DNA of 64,000 bases, taken from positions 7,192,001 to 7,256,000 of the forward strand of contig CM022669.1 in NCBI GenBank assembly GCA_012295275.1, written 5' to 3'. Positions 44,307 through 59,000 of this stretch are shown one piece after another. Source of the stretch: Chrysomallon squamiferum (Eukaryota; Animalia; Mollusca). Position numbers and translations under genes: made by a program. Every line of letters starts with the position of its first letter. Within the stretch, counting starts at the first letter, position 1. The notes under the pieces were generated by a model. It saw nothing but the letters and a program-made list of their open reading frames with translations, was not told the origin of the DNA and ran no database searches.

Positions 44307-46874
44307 TGTCTTGTGTATATTTTGTTCCTTTACTGGAGTGATAAAAATTGTAATAATTCATTGTTAAAAAGTAAATTATTAGTTAATTTATCATTTAACT
44401 ATTTTTCTTTCTTTTCTGTTGTGTGCTCAAGTTGCAAAGATTATGTACAAGACAAGTTGGATATATTTTAATAACAAATTTATAAAACAATAAAGTAACA
44501 AGACAAACTGTTGCTTGACTATGAAAAATATGTATATTTGCAACTGATTCATATAAAATGAGAAACCAGAACATGGTTTTGTTTTGATTGGAGAGTCAAC
44601 TTAGGTGAAAATATACCATTTACAAAGTAACTCTTTACATTTACACACTGAACTTATATTAGTTTCAGATGCAAATATGTTAGTATAAAAATACTGCAAA
44701 ATGAACACCTTCAATTATTAGAAAATATAAAAAATAAATAAAATACACCAAAGAAAAAGAAAAACAAAAAAATCTCATTTAGAAAGTAATTCTCTGCATT
44801 TCACACATTCAGCTAATGTTAGTTTAAGATATAAATATGTTATTATAAAATACTGTAAGATGAACTCCTCTGATTACTAAAAAAACAATAATCTTCATTC
44901 AACATATTTCTTGTTGATGTTGTCTCATTTTTATAAAGTACTGCTAATGTATATAGAAGTAATTTTTGATTGTGTGTGTGTGTCTCTCTCTCTCTGTCTA
45001 TCTTTACATATATATATATATATATATATGGATGTTGTCTTGTGTATGTGTTCTTTCTTTACTTACTGTCTGTTCTTCTGCATCACTTGCAGAAGCTTCT
45101 TCAGTACTGTAAGCACACACAAAATAAAATATAATTATATGAATTTATGAAATGCTTCATATTAAACCTCACTCCTTTGTTCCTTTACATAGAACTGGAG
45201 ATAAGAACAAGTTACCCTCCTTGATTCTTTATGTACAATGTGTGTGTATGTGTTTGAGTGTGTATGTGTGTGTGTGTGTTGTCTTTTGTATATTTTGTTC
45301 CTTTACTGGAGTGAAAAAATTTATAATAATTTACTGTTAAGAAGCAAATCATGATTTTAATTTATCTTTTCACTCTTGTTTTTTTCTTTCTTTTTTGTTG
45401 TGTGCTCGTCGCAAAGATAAGCTGGATATATTTTAATAACAAATTTATTAAAAAATAAATTAACAAGACAAACTGTTGCTTGATATGAACAATATTTATA
45501 TTAGCAACTGTTTCATATAAAATGAGAAACCAAAACATGGTTTTGTTTTAAATGGAGCGTTAAGACAGATGAAAACGAAGATGTTAAGCTATTAAAAAAA
45601 TATAACATTTAGAAAGTAATTTCTTACATTTTACACGCTCAACTTGTGTTAGTTTCAGATGTAAATATGTGATTATATCAAAGCCCAAACCTTCAGAAGT
45701 TGGAAAACAAATAAAAAAGCAAAAACAAACAAAAAAGGTACTTTGATACAGTTTTAGAACTACACACTTTATTAGAAATAATAAACCTCTGAAGTAAAAA
45801 CAAAATAGACAAACCTTTGTTTTACATCTGGACTGCTGGAGACAGTTGGTGCTTCAGACTGTTTTAAGTCACTATCTCTGCACGAAGTCTGACCAAGAAA
45901 TGATAATTACTCGGCAAGTGCTGTATAATTACTTCCAGTTATACAAAACATGCTTATGAATTTTGTTTACAATACTGTATTAATAGCTGTATTAATTTAT
46001 GTGTAAAATACAACACTATAAATTTCAGAAATAAATAATTACCTTGGTGACTGTATCTGATTGTTCTTGACCCTGCTGTTTAATTATGTGTATTAGCTTC
46101 TTGTAAATGCGGTCATAAATAGAGCTGTATTGAGAACAAATATCTTTGGTTTTAGGAACTAGTTCAAGAGCTTGTTTGTAATAATCTTCTGCTTTTTTAA
46201 GCTGTAAGGTATGGCATGTAGTGAGACCTCTGCTTAGAGTATTCAATTAGTAAGAAAACTGGAAACTAGTACTGACTGATAATAAAGTAAATTACTCCAA
46301 AACCAAAATAGCTATCAATACTTTAGTCACCTTTGTTCAACTTCCTTGTATAAAATTATTACTATAAAACAGAAATCTATACATCACTGCATTCTAAAAA
46401 CTTGTTATTACCATTAGAAAAGGTTGCAACTGCTGTATAATTACTTCCAATTATACAAAACATGCTTATGAATTTTGTTTACAATACTGTATTAATAGCT
46501 GTATTAATTTATGAGTAAAATACAAAAAATTTCAAAAATAAATAATAACCTTGGTGACCGTATCTGACTGTTTAATTACACGTCTTAACTTCTGGTAAAT
46601 ATCTTTTTTTTGAGGAGCTAGGTTAAGAACTTGTTTGTAATAATCTTCTGCTTTTTTAAAATCCTTCTGCTTTTCTGCCACAGAGCCAAGATTTTCTAGA
46701 GCTTGAACCTGTGAGTTAAGATCACCTAAAATTTAAAGAGATTAAAAACAGTGAGAATTAATTTATTATTAAATAAAAATTAGATTTTAGTTTAAACAAA
46801 ACTGAAAACAAGTGTTTTAAAAGTAACAGTTAAATATAAAATGGCAAAAACAGTCATTGTTGAAATGGGTTTTA

Positions 46875-46949
<75 letters not shown>

Positions 46950-48457
46950 TATTACAAAACAAATAATAAATAGACATCCATGGAAAAAGGTCATTAACTG
47001 TTATTCATCATTTTAGTAGTTTAGTTTGTAATTCTGTAGTATTCAAAGAGTTAGTATTATAAAACCAACACACACACACACACACAAATGCACTATATTA
47101 AATGAACTTATACTTTAATTAAATGACATACGACTGTTCTCGGCTGCACAATGAGCACGTATAAAAGCTTCGTTTGCATTTTCCATCTGTCCCAGATGAC
47201 TGTATGCATAGCCCATATTAAGAAAACAATGACCTCGAGTCTCCATATTTTTAAATTGTGCTAAAAATAAAATGATATACAACATTGAAATATAAATAAA
47301 TAAATAGTGTGTAAAAAATGAAAAACATTCAGTAGTATAAAATTCATCACCTACCTACTGTAAATAAATAATACATATTCTGTGGTTTTCACATATATGT
47401 TACTCAGATTCAGTATTATTCACGTTTTCAGCTGCAGTTTTATTATACAGCAGACCTTCAATTAATGGACTAATAGTAGTGTTTGTTTTTTCTGAAGTTT
47501 GTTAAATCTCAAATGTTTTAAAATGATAAGACTGCAAAATTGTAACTCTATAATCAGTTAATTCTAACAATGTGAAAAAATGGTCAGGATGAGCATGAGA
47601 TGATATATGATAACATATTGAGAAATGCATGGGTGCATCACATCGGTTATTGATTGCACTGAGTCTACCAGGGGAATACAAGACTTTTTTTTGGAGGGTT
47701 TACATAAACTAAGTAATTTGCATTCAAAACTCCTTATAAAAATTATTCTTGATGTTTTGCATTTATCAAAATGTTTATCATCTGACATGTGTTATGCAGT
47801 ACATACCAAATATTTCAGCAGCAGATCTCTCATTTGTAATAGCTTCATCGTATTTTTTCTGGGAATATTTGGCAGCTCCTTTGTTTTGAAGAAGTGCTGC
47901 TGTAACCTGAATATCAGGTGGAGATGTGTCTTGGGCAATTTCTTGTAAACCTTGGGAAAAACACTTATCTGCTTTGTCCACATCCTTTCTTTGTAAATAA
48001 AACACACCCAGGTTGTTGTACATTTTAGCTGTTTGTTGTAAAAATAAATAAATAAATAAATAAAATAAGAAACAAATAATAATAACAAAACAGTAACTAC
48101 AACAATAACAATAGTATAAAGTAATAAAAATAATAACAATATGAAAATACTATTATTATTAATAATTTTACACACACACACACATATATATATTATAATT
48201 TTATTTATGTATTTTATTTTATTCTTTTAATAATTTCCGTCAGTTCATTATCATGTCTTAGGTGTACATATGCATTTGTATTCCTTCTGGAATTTTAATA
48301 GGCCTATATATCATATATAGATAATTATTAGTTGCTAAATTATTAAATATACCATACATATTTATCAAGATACAATATTATGAATATAGAAATTGTCTAT
48401 TATGAACAACATTATTATGTGTATACATTATTATTGTTATTGTTATTGTTATTGTTA

Positions 48458-48514
<57 letters not shown>

Positions 48515-49170
48515 GAAAATATCATAATATGCGTTTTGCATCAATTGGATTCTTTTAACAACTTACCCAAACTTTCCGGTTTCGGAATTTTACGTTTCTT
48601 AAGTTCATCATACCAGAAGTCTCCACACCTTTTATCTGCTTTATCACACTCTAAAGATTCTAACAAAGTAAAAATACATTTTTCATGACATTCCAATTTC
48701 ATTTGTTCGCAAGCAGACAAAAGTTCCTTTCGCCATTGTTCATTCGATTTGGAGTCGGTTATCGTCAGACAAAACAATCTGTTCAAAACGTAGATTTCGC
48801 TTTCAGCTGCCGTTTTATCTTCGCTTTCAGCTGCCTTTTTATCTTCGCAGTATTTTCGGTAAGCTTGTTCGAAATATTTCAGCACCTGATCGTCACAACC
48901 CTTCTTTTCGAAGGCAACAGCCAAATTAAAATACAAATCTCCTTTCGGAAAATAAATGTCTGAATCGTTAGACAGTAATTTTTCAAGTTTTTGAAGATGT
49001 TCGATGCCTTCGTCTACCTCACCGCTATCTATACACGCCGCACCCCGATTAAAAGCACGTTTTTGTTGTACTTTGTCCAACTGTCCTTTGTTCGTATGTT
49101 GTTGTGCAAGTGTAGAGTTACTAGAGTATATCTTGAAATCAGACAGAGTTTTCTGATTTTTGCTTGCCAT
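40346..49170 (-). CDS. TTC24-like TPR protein, paralog B (complete: TPR head, micro-exon, low-complexity tail, CaaX)
   Basis: Exons 48567-49170 (ATG), 47807-48028, 47132-47260, 46550-46725, [46043-46201], 45815-45888, micro-exon 44080-44121, 42674-42750, 42218-42333, 41929-41987, 41453-41508, 40602-40686, 40346-40451 (…KTKSKICIII*). All phases join if the 40-nt micro-exon 45067-45106 is skipped. TPR motifs (GDLYFNLAVA, MYNNLGVFY, GHCFLNMGYAYSHLGQ, QALENLGSV..KAEDYYKQ) resemble the TTC24 family as recalled from memory. Confidence 0.75.
43120..45680. repeat. Short version (~3 units) of the same ~1-kb repeat in paralog B
   Basis: Same unit sequence. Micro-exons at 45067-45106 (40 nt) and 44080-44121 (42 nt), plus a remnant at 43328-43349 whose acceptor is deleted. 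Confidence 0.9.
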
Positions 49171-49757
49171 TACTATTCACTCGTTTTTTAATCCTTTTTA
49201 TTTTTAAATTATTTGTCTCCCCTGAAATTCTGTAATTAAAAATAATAATTATAGCCTTCCATTGTTTAAAACAAAAATTAAAAATACTATCCATATATGT
49301 AAATATTTTAATATTTTCATTTTTTAAATTACTCTTGGTCAATTAAATATAATATTATAAATCTAGCATATATAGCATATCACTGAAAGAATGAATTAAT
49401 GTATGAATAAGAAATGAATGACAGAATATATAAATAAATGAACAAATGAATGACAAAATAAAAAGATTATCTCATTATGTCAAAGATAATTTATTATTTG
49501 TGCTGATTTCCTTAACATTCAGTTATATTTTCATTCAGTATTTTCTTTGTGTGGGTGCGTGTTTGTGTTTACCGTTTTAGTTATGCACTGTATATATATT
49601 TGCGTGTGCGTTTAACACAGGAACGTTAATTTTTATCATTACCATTACACGTACTAAATTATTTTATATAGGTAATGACAAACATAAATTTATTAACAAA
49701 AAAATAGCAATTATATTTTAATATTCTCTAAAATCTACATTAAAATGAAAGATTGAC

Positions 49758-49758
<1 letters not shown>

Positions 49759-49843
<85 letters not shown>
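49759..49843. repeat. (AAT)n-(ATT)n perfect inverted microsatellite
   Basis: An aat run switches to a tta run at ~49804 with no spacer. Confidence 0.9.
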
Positions 49844-49844
<1 letters not shown>

Positions 49845-51516
49845 AAAAAGAAAAAATGCATTGCTAGTAATTTTATTTACCACGGCCCGCAGGAAATAGC
49901 TTCTAGTTCTTTTGAGATGTTGGAAACATGTTTTACCGTTTCTAAATTATTAGTCAGTAAATAAAACCCAGATTAAATGTTCTGCGACGAAAATATGGCA
50001 AAATGCCAATAAATGATAATAATTATATAAGAAGATTTCTAAGCACTACATTAATCAAAGATATGTACAACTGAAAAAGTCAAATCAGTTTATTTACATA
50101 ATCTCCATTGACAACCAGAAGAGTTAACTCCCTTCCAATAATTTGTAAATATTACGGAGATTCACGAAAATTGTCGTCTTACAGATGATAAATAAATCAA
50201 TAATTCGGTACATCTAAACAAACTTTATTATTATAATTATTTAATCATAAAATTATCTAAATGTAATATTATAAATCATTTAAAGTAAACCAGCAGTTTG
50301 AATACAGATTTTGTCAGCACCAGATTTAGTGAATTTATTGCTACGATTTTATTTTGCTGTTAGTATTACAAAAGATTGAACGCTTTTCTTTTTTCACACC
50401 CCTTCTGAAACAACAACAACGACAACTTCATTATGGGAAGCAAGTCGCTGTTCTTCTTATGAATTTAAAAAAAAGAAGAAAAAAGGTCTGATCAAGGCAG
50501 ACCATACAGGTCTTGAACTAGATTAGTCCAGCTTTGGATTCATAACAGTTTTCAAGCATTTAGTTTTTTAGCTCCAGTTTGGTTTATCAACATCAAATAA
50601 ACTGACAGCTCCTTCGGTACTTATTTTTCTCAAATGAATGAAGCACATTTTGATATTCCTAGAAGTCAAAGTCATCCAAAGCCCATACCAGGTCAATGAA
50701 AACACCATGAAAATAATAATGGTAGAAGTAGTAGTAATTCATTGTCATATATGTTGACAACAGCCATTTTAATTTTCAAATTAAATTCGTTTAACTAAAA
50801 TGATTCATGTACAGCCACTACTCTCTTGAACAACAAGAACAAATGTTAATTTCTGAATAATAAATTTAATTTCTTCAATGTAAAATATGTACAGATATCA
50901 GTTACACAAGAACAAAATATTACATGCATCAATGCAGACCTTTATTATCTTAAACTGTATCTGACATTCCCACCACAAATCTGAATTTTATACAATATGA
51001 TTAAAAGACCAGCTTTATTTTAATAAAGAACATTCTATAAAGAGCTGAAATAAATCCACAAGAGCAACCATCCCTTAACCCTCCCAGGCAATGTCGTGCA
51101 GACTGCTGCAGGTTTTAATTCTCCTTGGCAATGTTTCTGTCACAGACCAGATTCAGTTTTTCAATCCAGAACTGGAAACATTCCAAACCAGAACTGTCAC
51201 TGAACATGGTATTGACATCATTTTTCTATTTTTTTAATTTTTTTTTATCCTCAGATATTGTAGTGATGATTTTGCAGACTATTTGGATAATGTAATATAA
51301 ATTAAATATTTAACAACCCCCCCCCCACAAAAAAACCCCCAAACAAATAACAACAAAATAAAAGGAGAAGAAATAAAAAAATTAATACAAATTTAAACAT
51401 TTAGAATTAAAAAAAAATAAATCAAAAATAAAATCTAATTTTAAACAAAAACCAAAGATACCAAGAAAACAAATTTTTCTTAATAAAAAATATACAAAAG
51501 TAAATATATTACTAGC

Positions 51517-51580
<64 letters not shown>

Positions 51581-52302
51581 CAATAATCCAAAAACTGAAT
51601 GTTAGTTAATACACTTTTTCTTTTTTTTGTAATTTAACTTAAAGCACAGAGAAAAGAAAACAAAAACAAAATAAATGCAAGTATTTTGTACACTTTGAAT
51701 GTTATTCTCTAAAACTTTATGATCAGAAATTAAATTCCACTCTTTGTATGTCACATTATCTTTGTCATGTTCCAATTGTATTCATTATACTGGTGATTTG
51801 TTTGTCATTTTGTTACAAATTAATTTTGGAACTGCAAGTCTGATATACAACCTGCAGTTCTACTGAACAATTACGTGTATATTTATTTTAATCTCCATTC
51901 TTCTTGAAGACACACTAAAAACACTGACTACTTTCAGAGGCAGAAAACATTTGGATTTTAATCTAGTATCTATCTTTTCTAACTGATCTAAAAAAAAATT
52001 ATATCCATTTTCTGTCATGTCAGTACAAGTAAAAATTATAAATACAGCAAAGAATTGTTTGCTATAAATGTATTTACATAATAAATTTTTTTTCATTTGA
52101 ATGTTCAGATGCAATGATCAACTAGAAATCTATTGTTCACACTTACACCTTAAATTAATGTCATTTAACACTTTAATTTAGATTAAATTAATAACAAAAA
52201 AAAAATGATACTGAATTAAATTAAAATAACAATCAATTCATTTATTTGGTAATGTGAATTAACAATCATCAACTGAATTGCCTGAAACATTTTAGAACCT
52301 TT

Positions 52303-52423
52303 TTGATTATCAACTTACAGATGTTTATGTTGAGTAAATTCCGAGTGTAATGTGTTTGATTATCAACTTACAGATGTTTATGTTGAGTAAATTCTGAGTG
52401 TAACATGTCTAATTTGATTATCA
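52303..52423. repeat. ~53-bp tandem repeat (~2.3 copies) in the CEP120 3' UTR/flank
   Basis: ttgattatcaacttacagatgtttatgttgagtaaatt(c/t)gagtgtaa occurs twice, followed by a partial third copy. Confidence 0.85.
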
Positions 52424-52521
52424 ACAACAGTCTTTTGTTTCTTAAATTACAATCCTGATCTCTTTCTGCTGTGTGACACAAACAACAAAACAGTGAAGAG
52501 AAGAACGTCTAGATAAATTTT

Positions 52522-53023
52522 TCAGCTGTTTTTCTGGCTGATTGTTTCTCTGATCTGTCTGTCGAGCTCGGCAATGATTTTGTCCTGCGTTGTGTACACA
52601 CCTGTACGCAGCAGTGTGTCTCTCTCCTCTATCAGTCGAGTGATGTGATCATCCAAACTAGAGTTCATGTCACCTTTGCCATCAAGTATTGTTCTTGGGC
52701 TGGTAATTAGAATATTCGAGTCCGATGACTGTTTTATTTTCTCCTCCTCCAGCTGTCGCAATCTGTAATTTATGATGGTAACAACATGTATCGGTCAACA
52801 GTTCATTATTACAAGTTCCAAATGTAATTTGTGTTTTACTTTTGTCTGTTTTTCTCTCTTGGATTTAAAAAAGAATTGTTTATAATTGTTTATTTGAAAT
52901 CTATTTAATGAAAAAAACATTTCAAAAAACATTTAAACAATTTTTTTTTTTTTTTCACATTCTATTTCTTGATTTCCATTCCTTCTAAAAATATATGAAA
53001 TGTGACCTTTTACTTATATGTAC

Positions 53024-53068
<45 letters not shown>

Positions 53069-56000
53069 ATAGTTTAGGATTTTGAATATTCTCTGTCTTT
53101 TGTACGTCTGAACAGACTCTGCACATAGACTCTATATGGGAACGCACTGGTGTATGAATATATGTATGTACACATATACACACACACACACACACTTATT
53201 AAATTCCAAATTATAACTGATACGATCATAGTAACAAACATACTTATTAAGTTCATTTTTGATTTCCTGGAGTTCTTTCTTCTCCGAGTTGACGACATCT
53301 TTCTCCTCAGCAGCAAGGTAGCGAAGTCTCATGTGCTCCAGTTCCTGCTGCTGTCGCTTGAGCTGAGCCTTTGCCATCTCCTGCTCCTTCTGTTTGAGCC
53401 GGGCTAGCTCCTTCAGAGCACGACCCCACTGTTGTTTGTAGTGGACTTTAGATTTGGACACTGCATCCAGTTTCCTCTCTAGTTCAACCTGAAGAAAAGA
53501 AGAAGAAAACAAAAAAACAACAAAAAAATTAATTATATTCTGAACATATTATTATGAGAGGAGAAAGAAAGACTAGAAAGGGGGAAAATAGATGGAAAAA
53601 AAAAAAAAAAGAGTGAGAAAATAAATGAATACTAACCAAGCAATATAAATAAGTGAAGCTCTGTATTAGAACACCAACCTCCCCAACAAAAAAACAGATC
53701 TCATCAAGGAGAATTAAAAATGTATTAAAAAGTAAATGCTACAGCTAAATCATTTTCAATAAAAATTGGCCTCGTAAAAATAATTTAAAAGCAGCTGCAT
53801 ACAGAATCTGAACATTTGAAAGAAGGAAATAAACTTTCAACATTTAGAAATGTTAACTACAACACGAAAATAATAATAATGCTAAAAAGAAAAATAAGCA
53901 GAGAAGCAGTAGTTTATTATCTGCATTATCATTGTAAATAAAGATGATTTACCTTTTCTAATGTAAGCAGGTTAATTTCAGACTGAAGTCGTACTTCAGG
54001 CTTGGTGTTCTGCTGTTCTCTGTATACAGCAAATTCTTTTTCAAGATTTTTATATTTTTTCTCTGCATCTTGCAGCTGTAAGAATAATGATCAAAAATAA
54101 TAATAATAATAATCAAAAATAATAATAATAATAATAATACACACACATATTTTTATAAACAACAACCAAAAAAAAGCGCACATTCATTTTAAATAATACA
54201 CATTATGCTAAAATATTTTGTTATGAAAAAAAAAAAAAAAAAACTTGAAAAAATTAAATCACATGTTGTCGTTAATATTAACATTTTAATTATTAAAATT
54301 TGATCAGTTATATAAATCTTTAATTTTTGTAGATAACAGATAACAAAAGTTTAAATTTCATGTCTTAATACTCCTCCAAGCCTTGTTTTAATTCAAAACT
54401 TTGCAGATAAAATAATATATCATACCTCTTGTTTATATCTAGCAATTATTTCTTCATACTCTTTTACTCTCATTCTGGAATTTATAAAAAAAGAAAAAAA
54501 TATATGCTGGCTTGCAATGTCTAAAATGAACATCTGATCAATAAAAGAGAAACTGCATTAAGAAAAAATATATATTACAGAATAAAATCCAAAATAAAAC
54601 AAAAAGAAAAAAGAAACAGACCTGAACAAGGACACTGATTTTTACACTAGATATCTCGTATTCCTTTCCTGACCTCCCATTTCAGAAATTAAAAAACATA
54701 GAAAAAAAGAAGTAATAAAAAGCACAAAAATAATAATTGTAATAAACCAAAATATATAAAGAATAAAAAAAAAAAGAAGAACATAATTAATAACAAAAAA
54801 AAAATGCCTACCGCCTTTTCCATATTTAATTTATCACTTATCTAAGTTCCAACTCTATTATATAAAAAAAAAATAACAAGACAAATTCAGAATATAGTTC
54901 ACAGCAAAACCAAATCCCAATACAAACAGCCAACAACAACCTACCAAAAAATAACCAAGTGAAATGGATAGATAAACTGTTTATTATCAAGAGGGTATTG
55001 CCTTGAAATTCAATAATCTGAACTAAGGTGCAAGTACACTCTACCTAGATGTTTGGACCATACCACTGAAATTTTGAAAAAAATGATTCACCAGATAGTC
55101 ATTTGTAACTCAATGTGACTACTGAATCAACTGCTGTAAATTCAAGTAAGTCAAAATTCTGACTACCATGGGGATAAAAGCGAAAGAAATGTGTGATTAC
55201 CTTTCTAGTTCTATCTGGTGGTCACAATCCAGTTTCATCCGATAGGAAGCTTCTTTCATTTCCTGTAACGTACGATCGTGTTCTCTTTGCAAATCTACTC
55301 TCAGTTGTGTCACCTAAATATACAATGTTTGACTGCAGACAATGTCATGTTAAATATATATTAAAAAGTTTACATAACTTTACAACATTTTTTATATGGA
55401 CGTAAGAGACATAAAAAGAGCATGTAATAAAGCAGAAGAACAATAGAAACAAAATAATGTATTTTTAAAATATTTTTAAATTCATAATATTTGTATCCAG
55501 CAAAAGCTATCAAGAAACACTTTGCAGTTATGAATTATTCTGATTTCTTTGATGTAATGGATTTGGTATCTAAATAAAGTTTTAACATTAGATTGTTTTT
55601 GTGGTTTTTTTAATGTATTTTGAAACTGCCACTGTTATCTTTTAGGAATTTTATGAAAAGAAATAAGTATCTGCAATTATACATTTTGTTGATGCTAATT
55701 TCATTTTTGTTTTATCTTGCTCGAGATGAGCAAAGTTCAACAAAAATTGCTAGAGATTTTTTAATTATCAAGCAGGCAGACATGAAAATCGGAAACAAAC
55801 CCAAAACAAAAGGTTTTAATTTTTTAAAGTATGGAAATATTAGACAGTGATGATCAGTCCAAACAAACCTCTTGTTCCTTAGCAACCAGTTGTTTTTCCT
55901 TCTTTTCTGTTTCAGCTAGAGTTTTCTGAAGTTTTTCTTGTAGTCGAGCATATTCCGTTACCTAGTTCCCCAAAAAATAATTACATATACATAATATAAA

Positions 56001-59000
56001 ATAAAATATGTATGTTAATCTTCTGCATTAAAGCTACTTTAAATAGTTTTTCTAAGTAGATATGCTCAGCATTTTATGCAAAAATCAAAATCAAAAGTGT
56101 TGCTCATAATATTAACAAATATAGTATATTAATGATGAAATCTGTGTTGTTGTATGACGGTTTACAGATGGAAATATTTATAATGAAAAAGTAGCAAAAC
56201 TGGAAAAAACTATTCATAAAGTAACTTTCATATATATATATATATATATATATAAATAATTATTATATATGTATTTTACAATTTTATTTTATTTTATTCC
56301 ATAATTTACGTTACTTTACTTTTTTATTATTATTTTCTAACAAAACAAAAAATATATTCTTTTTTTTTTGTTTGTTTGTTATACCTTTTTCTGCATGAGT
56401 ACTTCCCTCTCTCTGTCTCTCTTCTTCCATTCTTCACCTATAGCTTTCAAACACATCATCTCCTTTTCTTTCAGCTGAAACAGACAGCATACTGTTAATA
56501 TATCAGTGCTGGAACAGCAGTTTGAGAGATTTGAACCATCTGATCACAATAAGTAAAATTAACCATTTTGATGAATGAGCAAAAAGCTATTTTCTGCACC
56601 AGTTCAAAAGAAGGATGGAATAATGGGAAAAAAAGGCAGCCTAGAGGTATTAAAAATTGTATTATTATCAATGATGATCTATGGTGGGAAATAAAACTAT
56701 GGTTTACACACTGCAAAATTTATTTCTGTCCTGTTTGCATCATCTCAGGTTAATTCAATGTTAACATTATGACGATATAGTAATGTGATGATAACAATAA
56801 TTATATCACTGGCAAATAATAATAAATAATAATAATAATAAATAATAAATAATAATAACAATAACAATAATAAATAATAATGATAGTATCACTAATAAAC
56901 AATAATAACAATAAAACAACTGGATGAACAAACCTGCTGTTCAAAGAGTTGTTGTTGTTTTTCTTTCCACATTTCCAACTCTAGAGCAGTTTTGTACTCC
57001 ACTGTCTCTCGGGGGTCAGTAGGGATGTCTGTGGTGGGGGGGAACCTTGACTGGAGGTTGGGCTGAAACCGGCAAACATAAAAAAAGAAAATGAATGAAT
57101 AAATAAATAAATGGATATGCATACAATACATGAAATCATGGAAAAGAACAAACAAATCGTATGCTTATGAACGTCCTATCTGATAACGTATTAAACGCGA
57201 ATACCTGCAAAGGGGCTGCTTGTATGGGTGGAGCTGAAAAGATGGGCTGTACTGGCATCGGACCCCAGTCTTCTAAACTCAACACGACACTTATTTCTGC
57301 AATCTGTAACTGCTTCCTGTTCATACATAAAAGTTTCTTTTCAAAAATATGTTAGTAAAGAAATATATAATTCTATGAAAAAAAAAAAAAAAAAAAAAAT
57401 AAGCATTTTAAAAAAATCCCCAAAATCCTCCCCAAAAACAACAACATTTAGAGCTAATTTAAAAATCATATGTTTTCCAAGCATGTAGAATATAAATAAA
57501 TATTAAAGATTAGTAGCTGTCAGATGTGGAAATATTATTTAATTTTATTACAACAGTATCTGCAACAGAATTTAAAGTTATCAGGTGTTACAAGAATTAG
57601 AACATAAAAAAAAAAATAAAATAAAATACCAATACTAATACTAATACTAAGAATATTAATAATAGCAACAAAAATATAAAACAAATTTACAATTAAAAAT
57701 ATTTTGTAAAAAAAAAAAAAAAAAAAAAAATAATAATACATTTTTTAAATATTACCCATCTGTGGCTGTGACTGGTACACGTGCACTAAACTCTTGCCTC
57801 CACCCACTGACACCTGACTCTCCCTAGAAATAAACAGACAAACAAACCTGAAAAGAATTACACTAAAAACAAAATTCTATCAAAAATAGAAATAAATAAG
57901 TAAAAAAAACATAAAAGAAAAAAAGAAAAATTCGATGAATCGAATGTCTTCCCAAACAATGTCAGTTAAGTTATAAATCTGAAAACATAACAAGAATTGG
58001 CTGTATATAAAGGTGTATAACAAACAGACAATGGACAATGATATCTGTTGGTAACCATGTTAAGAAGATCAACAAACCAAATAAAATAAATAAATAAAAG
58101 CAAAGAGAAATGACCTCACCATGACCTTTGACCTGTCAGCTGATACAATGTCAGAAAGAGGAAGCCTGGCTGCACCTATCATAATGTCCTGTGACTTCTG
58201 CCTGTCATGGATCCACATCTCAACAATCAGTGGAACGCTAACAAAATAAAGTTAAATATCATACAGAATTTTTAAATGAAATGATTCATTTGTTTATTAC
58301 ACCTCTTTTCCACATTACAGCCATTAACCATTAAAGTATCTAGCATATAATTATTATTTTTTAAATGATCATTTTTCTCTTCTTTTTCTTTCTTTTTCTT
58401 TTTTCATTTTTTGAAACAAATGAGGAAACATTTTATGATAAATATCATTTCTTGAAGCTAGATTTATACTGCCTTCTATTTATTGCACTAAAAGTGATAG
58501 TGGTACCTGACAAATGTGTCCTGGAGCTGTCTCAGAGTGCAAGCAAAGTCAAATGCACAGAACGAGCGAGGGAGGAGGACTTCAGAGCCTTTCCTGATTT
58601 CAACAGGAGGGTGAGTGAGGATAGGAGCAGCACTGCCAAAAAACTGGTAGGTATATCTGAAAAAAATCATGAATTTTATCAGATATAGGTAATTCCTTCT
58701 AGCTTAAACAATGTCAATTTCAAAAGTAACAATCAAGAACAATAAATCTGTATTCTTGTATTCGCAATGTCACAAAGTTTCAATTGACTCTATAAGGTTG
58801 TATGTGTATGTGCATGTGTATGTAGTGTGCTACACTCAAAATAAATATTAAAATCTAGGTTAAAAACATTACACGTCACAAAAAGAATAATGAACTGAAG
58901 AATAAAGATGAGATAACATTCCTTCACACTTAATTCAGTAAACAGAAAATACTAACTTTGGATTAATTAAAAACAACAGTGACAACAATAATAATAATAA

